Below, in pieces: positions 12,601-23,112 of a DNA stretch of 64,000 bases. The stretch lies in the NCBI GenBank assembly GCA_964188305.1, contig OZ076888.1; one strand, 5' to 3'. How positions within the stretch are numbered: position 1 is the stretch's first letter; the number at the start of each line of letters is the position of its first letter. The translations under genes were made by a program, and so were the position numbers. Below the pieces are notes generated by a model that was given only the letters and a program-made list of their open reading frames with translations, was not told where the DNA came from and did not search any database. Origin of the DNA: Podarcis bocagei. Lineage: Eukaryota.

Positions 12601-14445
12601 TGGTTTTTAAAGCCATTTAGCATTTAGCATTTTAAAGCCATTGTCCAATACATCTCTAGACTTTCCAGTCAAGAAAGGAAGGGTTCTTCCCAGAAACCAG
12701 AGATAAAGGATCATTTTTTGGACAGACCCATGACTTCAGGAAGTTGGCTCTGGCTAGAAGTACCAAGGTTGTAAATGCAGAGTCAGTTTCTGTCTTCCCT
12801 GTGATGTTTCAGTTTGGAGTCCTGTGATATATGTGTGCTTTATTCCACTGTTCGATTTGCTAAATATAAGTCAATGAGTAAGATGTACCAGTGCTAAAAT
12901 GAGCAGCAGAAGAGGTTCTTGACTAGCTTTATAGAAAATGCACCTTGTGCCTTGTGTCCATGTCTTAAAGAAAAACCTCTTCCCCTTTTGATCTGCACTA
13001 TCAATGAAATGGAATGACCTTGTGGCCCAAAATACCATATGCCCAAAGGAGGAAGGTAAAATGTATTTTTAAAAAATCTATATATAATATCCAGCTATAA
13101 ATCAATAAAAATATCACAACAGATATAAAAGCTCTAAATTTAATTTCAGTTAGGAAAAGCCATAAAATTTGGCATTTTTGCATTGTTTCTAGGAGATGTA
13201 GAACATGTGGTTGGCAAGTGTCCAGTGAGATGGATTTCCATAGCCATCCATAATAGTGACCTCTCAAGAAAACGTCTTAAGAGAACTTTTCTGTCTGTAT
13301 TTGCAAATGGATGGATTGCACTGATGCGCTCAGCTGCACATAAAGATCAATGGGACGTGATGGAAACAGAAAGGTGGGTAATTTCTTTGGTAATTGATTA
13401 ATTCAAAGCTGAAGATAAATGTAAACCTATTTGAAATTTATGGTTCTGCTGCAATGGTGTCAGCAATTGCAAAAAGCAGCCACTTTCAGTGATGTTTCAG
13501 GAAGATCTGCAAAGGAGGTAAAATTGTTCATCCATTAAGAATTGAATGGTTACAAAGAAATAATGAATGAGTATAAATGGGAGTTCTGACTGGAACTCCC
13601 AATCACAGCCATTCATTACTTTGTGCATTTATTGCAGCACAAATTAAAATTCAACCAAATAGGCCCATCTGAACCAGTTTTCCATTTGCTCTAAAATGAA
13701 TGAACACCACTACTGGCTCTCATGGCAATATGCTTCACATTTACCCATAGATGATGGATACAAGTAGCATTTAATCCTTGAGCAATATGCACACATAATG
13801 GATTAATCACAACAGACAGATATCCACCCCCCTCAGCTGAGAACACAAAGAATTCAGGAACAACAAGTGATATGTAAATAAAGCATGTCGCAGAGAGGCT
13901 GATTCACCACTTCTAAAAAGGATTGCAATGAGTGGGAGTGAGTCTTTGTGTAAATTAAACTTTACTTGTAATAACAAACCATTACATGCTCTGTTGGTGT
14001 AGAAAATGGCATTTTCCTTTGAGCTGGGTTACTTTGGAAAATTATTTAAATAAAGGTACACTTCTACATCCAATTCAATTTCTTGTTAGACTACCCGCAT
14101 ATTATTGAAGCATAGTCAACTCATATAAACACGTTTCATCACAGTGGAAAATAGCCTCTTATTTTACCAGTACCATTCAACCATGACTTTTAGTTACCAA
14201 ATTAATTAACTTGCCTATAGATATCATTGCTGTGGTGTCAATCAAAGTTCACTGTATTTCCATTGCACAAATACCTCCCCAATCAGGTATCATGAAGCTA
14301 AGCTTCCCCCAAACTGCTTATCTCTCCTGTAAATGGGAGCATTTCTTTGTGCAACAACACACTATTTAATGGCCAATATTTGATTTTAATTTGTGACATA
14401 TTCCTTCTGAAAAATTACACCGAGTTACAAAAGATATATCAAGTT

Positions 14446-15363
14446 GCATGTCAAGGTCCCCAAGCCACCCCTCAAATAACTCAAAACACACACGTAATTT
14501 TTGTTTAAGGTTTTTGGCATACAACTTTATTGAAATACATCATGTGATTGGTTGTTTAAGCATTGGTTAAAGACTATCTGTCCCACCGCCTGGGGACAGA
14601 ACTGACTTCCGGGTACCACTGAAAGACAGTAAGGCAAAACAATATTGGGGAGAAATGGAGCTGAGTCACAGGCCCTCACCTCTCCCCACATGCTCCGGAG
14701 GGCTTGCCGGCCCTAGCCCCATTCCAGGGATTCGGACGAAAAGATGGCAAGCCCCTGGATTCCTTTAACAGAATTCCCCTTCCACCTCAACCTTGGAGGG
14801 GCAGGACCAGCCAATCCTAACCCCTCCACCAACCAATTGATAACCAATGCCTAACCGCAACCTTACAAGTTGTGACGATTTGCTACGCAGTAGGCAAAAA
14901 CCAAATGGCCCAGCCAATCAGCCAGATGAACAAAATTCCTACCAGGCCCCTGCCCCAAGAGCAGATGACCCCATGACAGGCATAGCAAGGTCAACGCAAA
15001 ACCCCTAAATGCAAAACCCCTAAGGGAAGTTTTTAATATGTAACACTGTACTGTTTTTAATGCTTGATTGGCTGGGGAAACTCAGCCAGATGGGCGGGGT
15101 ATAAAAAATATATTATTATTATTATTAATTATAGGGTGGGCGGGCGGGTGATCTGTTGCACGCAGCAAAAGAGGAAGCTCCAAGCTGCGTGCAAAGCATT
15201 TAAAACCATCGATCCCTCCCACCAAAATTGCAACATAACATTTACCCCAGCAACCCAGCCATCCAATCATTGCCTTAGGCCTCCTTAATAACCCTGCCTG
15301 GCAACAAAGGGGTGGCCTGGTGGACCCCACTGCAACATGTGCTCTCTATAAGGGAGAACACGC
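14446..15363 (-). mobile_element. LTR-like repeat 'family A', copy 2 (interrupted by an L2 tail)
   Basis: Reverse complement is collinear with and highly similar to 30298-31087 from gcgtgttctcc to gacc(t)tgacatgc; no TSD. Confidence 0.9.
15022..15131 (+). mobile_element. L2 LINE 3' tip nested in family A copy 2
   Basis: agggaagtttttaa...tggctgggga..cagccagatgggcggggtataaa plus (TAT)n, same family as 61137-61268. Confidence 0.85.
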
Positions 15364-15599
15364 TTTACTAATTTTTTTTACATGAGATTCCCTGCTGGTG
15401 GAAGAGCTCTACTGTCTACTTAGAGCTTCCATACCTGTAAGGACTTCCTCAAGACCTTCAGTGTCAGGAATATTTATTTTCATGTTCATTATATTATTAT
15501 TACCATTTTTCATCATGATGACTATTTTATAAACATTGTCATTGCAACGTTTAATCATCACACCCAATATACCTTTACAAACATAAGGATTTTTGAACA

Positions 15600-15875
15600 G
15601 AATTGGGTTAGAAATAAGGAATGAATTTGCTGATTACAGCTAAAAGGTTAATAGCTCAAGGTTGGAAACAAGAACACACTCCAACAAATTAAATGTTGAA
15701 TTTTGACTAAATCAGTGAAGTTAATGTTTTGAATGAAAGAGAAAAACAGGACTTTGTAGAATAATTATTTTATATATAAAAAAATCAAAAGTCAGTTATT
15801 TTATTCGAATATGAATTAGAATAAGATGTTGGATTATTAAAAGTTAATTCCACATATAATAAATGTATGAAATAA
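15600..15875 (+). mobile_element. Degenerate L1 ORF2 C-terminus / 3' end
   Basis: acagctaaaaggttaatagctcaaggttggaaacaagaacacactcca = TAKRLIAQGWKQEHTP, resembling the vertebrate L1 ORF2 C-terminal AR..IA..WK...PT motif. Confidence 0.4.
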
Positions 15876-16825
15876 ACAGCGGCAAATAGTTATAATACGT
15901 TGGATTATATCTAAGTTTTATTACAATGAACAAAAGTAAGAACACAATTTTCAATGAAATGTGCTCATCTCTTTTGCAGTAAGCACAGTAGATTTTGCGA
16001 GGTTGTTTTCTCTTAACTCTAGCAATATAGGGAAAAAGTAATCACAGCTATACAAGTACAGAAACAAATGCAGGAAGCCATTGAAATGATATACAATTTT
16101 ACCAACATTGGCAATGGTAGTATCCTATGTACTCTTAATGACATTATGGTTGCATTGCTATAAAGGAACCATTACAATGTAAATGAGAGTTTTTCATAGA
16201 CCATATCCATTGCAATGGCATTGGCAGTATTTCATTCATTTTATGCTACTTGCAGTTTTAATACCCAATATCATCTCAGAAAGACATTACATGAAAATGA
16301 ACTGAAAAATGGCAGCAAGGTTACAAATCAAGTAGACAATAGGCACACTATGCTGAAAATACAGATCCTTGTGACTATCCATTATGGAAAATCAGGGGAG
16401 GTGTTGTGTTGTACGTCCTCAGGTGAAATCCATTATATAATCAGTGAAAACAACAAGGTGGTTATATTTAGGTTTATAATTGCTCATGGAAAGCCTCCTT
16501 CTTCAATGTATCTTCACCTGGTGTGGTTTTTTTAATACTAGAAATTTAAAAATAAGGTATACCTTGGTGTGCTGACATTTCAAATGAGGGGAATATATGA
16601 AAGCTGGATATTGATGTTTTAGGGCTAGAGGGAAGTTTTTCTCTCTTTCTCAATGAAACTGAATGTTGGAACACCCAGGATGACAGAATAAAGTATTTCT
16701 TCGCACAGCACATAGTTAGACTATAGAATTATCTCCCACAAGATGCAGTGATGGCTACCAACTTGCATGGCTTTTTAAGAGGATTAGACAATTGAATCAG
16801 CTATCAATGGCTACTAGTCGTTGAT

Positions 16826-17324
16826 ATACACAACCCTTTAAAAAAACAGGTAAGGAACCAAATAATATGTAATACTGTTTTATAATTTATGATAATTTAG
16901 AATTTAAATGTATTTTCATGTAATATTTGATACTTCCAGCTGATGAAGGTGAATACATCGAAACAGGGTCCTGTCCTGGTTTCTAATCCATAATTGACTT
17001 CTGACTTCTGCTCTGTGATTGAAACTGAGTCTCCATCTGCAAGCTGATAAATTATAAGGATCAACATTATTGTTGAGTGAAAAAGAGAAAATCTTTGTAA
17101 TGAATTATTGTGTTTTACATATCTTTATGAGTTTGAGCTTGTAATCTTTGGCTGAGTTTGTAATTCTTGTCAGGATACATACTTTTGAATGGATTAGTTT
17201 TTGTTACTATTGACTATTGATTGGGGAGTAGGGACCACTCCCACTATTGAAAGTTACATTGGCCTGAGTTCTTGGTGTGCTTTTTTCTTGGTATATTTAA
17301 TAACAACAACTCCAACTTATTTAA
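16826..17324 (+). mobile_element. Non-coding Penelope-like (pLTR-type) insertion carrying a hammerhead ribozyme
   Basis: Flanked by 14-bp direct repeats tactagtcgttgat (16812-16825) / tactagccgttgat (17325-17338); AT-rich; no ORF; contains a minimal hammerhead. Confidence 0.7.
16936..16979 (+). ncRNA. Minimal type-I hammerhead ribozyme
   Basis: Stem I ccag/ctgg; core CTGATGA(A); stem II ggtg-aata-catc; GAAA; stem III cagg-gt-cctg (self-complementary); GTC cleavage triplet ending at 16975. Confidence 0.85.
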
Positions 17325-19354
17325 TACTAGCCGTTGATGGCTCTGCTCTACCTCCACTGCTGGAGGCAAAATGGCTCTGAATGCCAGTTGCTGGCGATAA
17401 CAAATGAGGAGAGCACGGCTGCACTCAGGTTCTGCTGGTAGACATAGGCATCTGGTTGGTCACTGTGAGAAAGGATTTGGTCTACGGTGGGCCTTTGGTT
17501 TGATCCAGCAGGGCTGCTCTTATGAGGCTAGTAAATGGCTCCATTGTTGAACAGCAACAGAAGGGAAGAAAGGCCCATGCTAAATGGTGCTAAATGGCCC
17601 ATTGTACTTTGGTACTGTTGACAACGTCACAGTGTGCAGTCACACTATTTCCCAGAAGTGTGCTTCCATAATATTGCCTGTTCGGCCTCACATTAGCTGC
17701 CTTCCATTGATGGTCTGGGTCCCCTCTCAAATCTGGTGGCACCGCTGCTTAGAAGGCTCTTAAGAAAACTTTGTCAAGGTTATATACTTGTACCTCAACA
17801 CTGTTTCAGTGAGCCAGAGAAAGAGCCTATGTCCAGCCTTTTACATAAACCACAATGTGATTCTTCAAGGAGATATCTGTGGTTTTTGAGAACTGCATAG
17901 GCTGCAACTTTTGTAATAACATAAACAGGCTGTTTTTGTTGGGAAATGCAGAAAGAAGACGAAAGCCACCACTTTTTTCAAGATAGTGAGGAAATTAAGC
18001 ACAGGAAAAATTGGCAACCTACGTTTTTGGATCCAACACACTTTTTTTTCATTGACACACCAAATGGACATTTATTCCTAAAAATGGCACCAGCAGGTTT
18101 TCTAGAGGCATTTTCAGGATTTTGAACCAGTCTGGAAGGACCTGCTTCAGGAGGAGGAGATGAGATAGAAAGTGCTGATGTAATCTCCTACTTTCCATGT
18201 GTGCTGGATACTGCACAGAGAATAAGTAAGATCTTTTATATAAAGACCAAAAAGTCTTTAGAATGGTTTTGAACAATGCATTAGGCTTTGGAAATAAAAT
18301 ATAAAATAAAATAGCATGCATGCAGACCAGGTTGATTCTAGAATTCTTTTGGACAATTGAGTAATGTTAGAGTGGGGGCTCTGGTTTGGTGTGTGTGTTT
18401 TTTTGCACAGCCATCCAAATGGTTTTTTGTTCAAATGATGTGCATGTATGGCTCTGACAAGGCTGCCCCCTCAAAAAAGGGACAAATAAAATAAAATAAA
18501 ATGTGGGTACCGAATAGACAAGAAATTCATATAAGAGATGTGTATGTACTGACCTCAGCCAAGACCTGAATCATACTTTGGCCAATATCTGTTCCTAAGA
18601 GTTGTTTTTCCTCTTTCATCTACATTCTTCCCTTTATAAAAACAGTTTTTGGTATGTTTCAGTAGACTTACAGCTGTCGTAGTTGCTATAGCAACTCCCC
18701 CCCTTCTGCTATTATTTCTTAGCAGGTGTTACTACCTGTCAAGGCAGGTTAGCTCATCTAAAATGCTTACAATTTCTCTGTAATCTAAATGAATGGACAT
18801 ATTCACTAAAGAGTACAAGAGCTGAGAAGGAAGACCAAAGTGTGCTTGCCAGTTGAAACTGGATAATGGAAATTTGGGACACGTGGGGGGGGCACAGAGA
18901 GAACAAAATTTACTGAGATGATTGAAAATATAGCTGAAATGTACTTCCAGTAGTCTAACAGAATAAAAGCCTTAGATTTAAGCAGAGAAATTTGTGGACT
19001 GGCCAACTTTCATCTGTTAAATTAATTTGAACTTAATTATTCAGGTAGATCTGAAACTGAAAATTAGCTAGAACATTTGACAGAGGTATCACTTTAATTG
19101 TATTGCCCTTTGAACAGAATCCAAGTTACCATAAACTTTTTAGAATTAATTAAATATAAATATAAGGAATATGTCAATCTATTTTTAAACTCTAGTTTAT
19201 TAAACCATTAGTTGGTGTAATGTGTGACTCTAGCCCAGCAGCAAACTGTGGTTTATTAACTATGATTAAGGGCAATTCATTATCCAAGCTTTGTAGCTGG
19301 TTTATAAACCTTAATTTACATTCACTGTAGCTTAGCATTATGTGCAGACTATAG

Positions 19355-19558
19355 TTAAAGGTAAAGAACCCCTGGACGGTTGAGTCCAGGCAAAGGTGAC
19401 TACGGGAAGCGATTGTCATCTCGCTTTTCAGGCCAAGGGAGCTGGTGTTTGTCCACAGACAGCTTTCCAGGGTTATGTGGCCAGCATGACTAAACTGCTT
19501 CTGGTGCAACAGAACACCATGATGAGTGCCAGAGCGCATGAAACTCTGTTTGCCTCCT
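19355..19558 (-). mobile_element. Sauria SINE (Squam1) 3' part
   Basis: aaaggtaaag tail; catctcgctttt, gtccacagacagctttcc, atgtggccagcatgactaa. Confidence 0.8.
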
Positions 19559-19599
19559 CCTTAACCTCCTATAACGTTCTCTTGTTACTGCCCCAAAGC

Positions 19600-19742
19600 T
19601 ACAGAACCTCAAAAGAAGGAGAGTCCATTACCTTACAAGGGAGTCTGTTCCACTGTCAAACAGCTCTTACCACCAGAAGGTTTTTCCTGATGTATGGTTG
19701 GAACCTCCCTTCTTGTAACTTGAATCCATCGGTTTGGGTAGG
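19600..19742 (-). mobile_element. CR1 ORF2 3' fragment
   Basis: gggagtctgttccactgtcaaacagctcttaccaccagaaggtttttcctgatg is the reverse complement of an IRKNLLVVRAV*QWNRLP-type CR1 C-terminus. Confidence 0.75.
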
Positions 19743-20915
19743 AATTTGAAGGATCATCTTCAATGCTACACAAACTAATCCTTACAGCGTTCATAATATA
19801 GCAAAAAGGGCAAGTTTGATTCAATAGCTGTGAATAGATACTTTACAATTTAACGAGGTTCTGAAAACATCAGGTCCTTCTGCTATATCCTTCACTTAGT
19901 AAGCTCTTAGCATATGTCTCCTGTGTGTTTTCTGATGCTTCACTTCACACTCAAGATTGACTTGGATGAAGATTAGCACGGTGGTGCTGAGAGACTGCTC
20001 TGGGCACAGACACACTTTACAGCTCGGCTTCATTATTGCTGCAGGAACTAACACTGTTGGAGCAACCAAAAGTAATTTCTCACTTGCAAAAATGACTTCC
20101 AGAGAAACTGCATATCCTGCATATATACGTGACTTCAAGGAAGCACTCTTGTTAGTTGGCTTTATGAGATAATTAGGATACTTGTTTTAGGTTTCTAGAG
20201 ATGATGTCAAGTGAGAAAGATATCTTTTGGAGACTGATTTAATATTTGACTCTGAGAGTATTTTACATTTTTCTTTGTTAGCGAAATGGAATATGAACAT
20301 GGTCTGATTCTATGATTTGTTGAGCTAGCAAATAAGTTAAATGAAGATGATGTATCAACTGCTGAACCAGCACAATACAAAAGAAATATGAGGGTATGCT
20401 AGTATTCCATTGCCAGAAAGGTCTGAGATTTTGGCATTTTTATATTTTATCAACAGTTTTTTTCAAAAAAATAAGTGCAATCCTATCCTAAACATTTGCA
20501 GGTTGGCTGAGAGGAAGACTGCTTCCAATTACCATGTGGTTTCATAAATGTTATTAGTTGGTATCAACCAACAATATTTTAAAATGACAGATGACTGGAT
20601 TTATGTGCTTGCTGATTATATGGAACTAGATTATATGGAAGAGACTGAAGAAATGTAGAAAAACCACAACAGCCTAGCCTCCTTTACTCAGATGACCGTC
20701 TAATGCAGAACATGCTGCCCATGTGGCTCACTGGAATAACATCTTCCATAAGTTTCACGTTGCTAGTCCATGTCGCTTTGCAGAAGTGTGCTTGATATAT
20801 TAAATTATTTCATTTTCATATCACCTTTCCACAAAAGAAACTCTTTTCAAAACAGTTTACAATATTCAAGATAGAAAGAACAATACCATCAATGGGTTGT
20901 ATCCAATTCAGAGTA

Positions 20916-21230
20916 CAGTGGTACCTCGCAAGACGAATGCCTCACAAGACGAAAAACGCGCAAGACGAAAGAGTTTTCCGTTTTTTGAGTCGTTCCGCAA
21001 GACGAATTTCCCTATGGGCTTGCTTTGTAAGACGAAACGTCTTGCAAGTTCTTGCGAGTTTGTTTCCTTTTTCTTAAAGCCGCTAAGCTGCTAAGAGCCG
21101 CTAAGCAGTTAATAGCCGCTAAGCCGTTAATAGCCGCTAAGCCGCTAATAGCCGTGCTTCGCAAGATGAAAAAACCGCAAGACGAAGAGACTCGCGGAAC
21201 GGATTAATTTCGTCTTGCGAGGCACCACTG
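20916..21230. mobile_element. Tc1/mariner (Tigger/pogo-like) MITE, family B
   Basis: TA TSD; TIR cagtggtacctcgcaagacgaa/ttcgtcttgcgaggcaccactg; internal gccgctaa tandem. Confidence 0.92.
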
Positions 21231-22611
21231 TAGATTCATTGTGAAGTATTCTACCAACTCCTCCCATTAGTGCAAATATTAATGATAGTTCAATAGGACT
21301 TTCCTCCCTCCCTCTACCCTTCTCAGATCTGTTCCAGAGTATTTGACTTCCTTCACAAGATCTGTGTGTCAATGTGGCTCAGAGTGTTAAAGAATCACAA
21401 CTCTCTTCTCATGAGTTCATAGTCTGTTGGATAACAACCAGGAGATCTTTGTCCCTCTGGCCCTTCCTGCTGCTGTAAACAGCCACACTCTTGAAGACAA
21501 GCAACTCTCCTGATCTCAAGCAAAAGACTACACACCACCTGATCCAGAGACCATACACCACCTGGACCATATGGAATCATGAACCTAGAGACAGAAATAT
21601 AAGGAGATTTTTCACTGTCAGATTAAATGGCAACATGACCGAAATTTATGTTCTGCAATGTGCTTTTGATTAGCAGATACTGTCTTGTGATCAATGGATG
21701 GATATTTATGAGACTTTGCTGAAATTTTTGAAGTGGGTGGATATGAATTTCTGACCAGACATGTTTTTCTTAAAAAGTCCAGGATTTGTTCTCAGGTTTG
21801 GGCTCCTCATTTTCCTTTGAAAACCTTTATTCCTTGGTTCCACAATGGGATATCCTGTGGGAGTACAGATTAAATTTTGGTTCATCCAAAATAATGAACT
21901 ATCTTTAAGCATATAAGCAGAAACTGCCAGAGCACTAGATACCATACTATGCTTCTAAGGGTACAAAAGAGAAGCTGTAGTTAAAAGAGGTTTGTCTAGC
22001 TTTGTTAACATCAACATTACATGCTCTGAGCACCTAAAATAATTTCATACATTCTACTACAGCAATATATAATCAGTGACATCATAATTCCAATTGCATA
22101 TAATACTGTCTTTTGACATTCAAGGGTGAATGTCAATGTTTGTTAATGACTATAGATGGTCCTTTGAATAAGCAGTTCACATGCAGGAATATGACTTGTC
22201 TTCGGGGTATTGTACATGAGAAAGCATGAGAGTGTGAAAACAGGTGTTAAGAGTTTGAATGGACAGAAGGCTGGGGTGGGGGGTGGGGAGGAGAAGACAG
22301 AGATCTGAGAGTTTATCTTGAGTTATCAGAATTGCCACTTTGGAGTTTGCTATGCTCTAGGAATCTGCCACAGAAATAACAGCTGAATACACAGGATACC
22401 TTTAAAGTACATTTAACGCTCACACACCCATCAATAATCCTGGGAATTACAGAGCTACAGTTCTCAGCACCTTTAACAAGGTGCTGAGGATTCTTTGGAG
22501 AGAAGTCATGTGCTTTAAGGGTGTTTGGATATGCTCTGTAGTGTCGATATGCCCACCATTAGTGTGTGCTTACTCAGAGGATGATCTCCAAACCATCCGA
22601 AATATATTTGC

Positions 22612-22907
22612 AGATGCGGGTGGCGCTGTGGTCTAAACTACAGAGCCTAGGGCTTGCTGATTAGAAGGTCAGCGGTTCGAATCCCTGCGACGGGGTGAGC
22701 TCCCGTTGTTCGGTCCCAGCTCCTGCCCACCTAGCAGTTTGAAAGCACAACAAAGTGCAAGTAGATAAATAGGTGGCCACATGACCTGGAAGTTGTCTGC
22801 GGACAAACGCTGACTCCCTCAGCCTATAGAGCGAGATGAGCGCGCAACCCCAGAGTTGTCCATGGCTGGACCAAATGGTCAGAGGGTGCCTTTACCTTTA
22901 CCTTTAC
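22612..22907 (+). mobile_element. Sauria SINE (Squam1) with internal deletion, nested in the RTE
   Basis: gcgggtggcgctgtggtctaaac A box, ggttcgaatccc B box, (ACCTTT)n tail. Confidence 0.92.
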
Positions 22908-23057
22908 GGAAAGCTTAGCTTATTGTTCAATATCCAAAAACAAAACAAAACACAAAATGCTGCATCAACAAGCACAAAACAACCCCTCTGCAGCACCACA
23001 AATCAAACTTAATAGTGTAACGTTGGAAAGTGCCAATCACTTCTCCTACCTGGGCAG

Positions 23058-23112
23058 AGTTTTATTTTTGCAGATATTAGAATTCCAGATTATGTGAGTT
23101 CTAATATAAAAA
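23058..23112. repeat. 55-bp hairpin micro-insert, copy 1
   Basis: atattagaa...ttctaatat stem; flanked by ctgggcag direct repeats (23050-23057, 23113-23120); interrupts the RTE reading frame. Confidence 0.75.

Larger units (their letters stand above)
16600..17524 (+). mobile_element. CR1 LINE 3' end (ORF2 end + 3' UTR), split by a 499-bp insert
   Basis: Degenerate KYFFAQHIVRL*NYLPQDAVMATNLHGF.RGLD; 3' UTR resumes at 17325 and ends ...tgatccagcagggctgctcttatg. Confidence 0.85.

Noticed and set aside
20916-21230. Regularly spaced gcaagacgaa repeats suggesting a CRISPR-like array
   Set aside because: These are subterminal repeats of a TA-flanked MITE in a vertebrate genome; there are no unique spacers or cas genes
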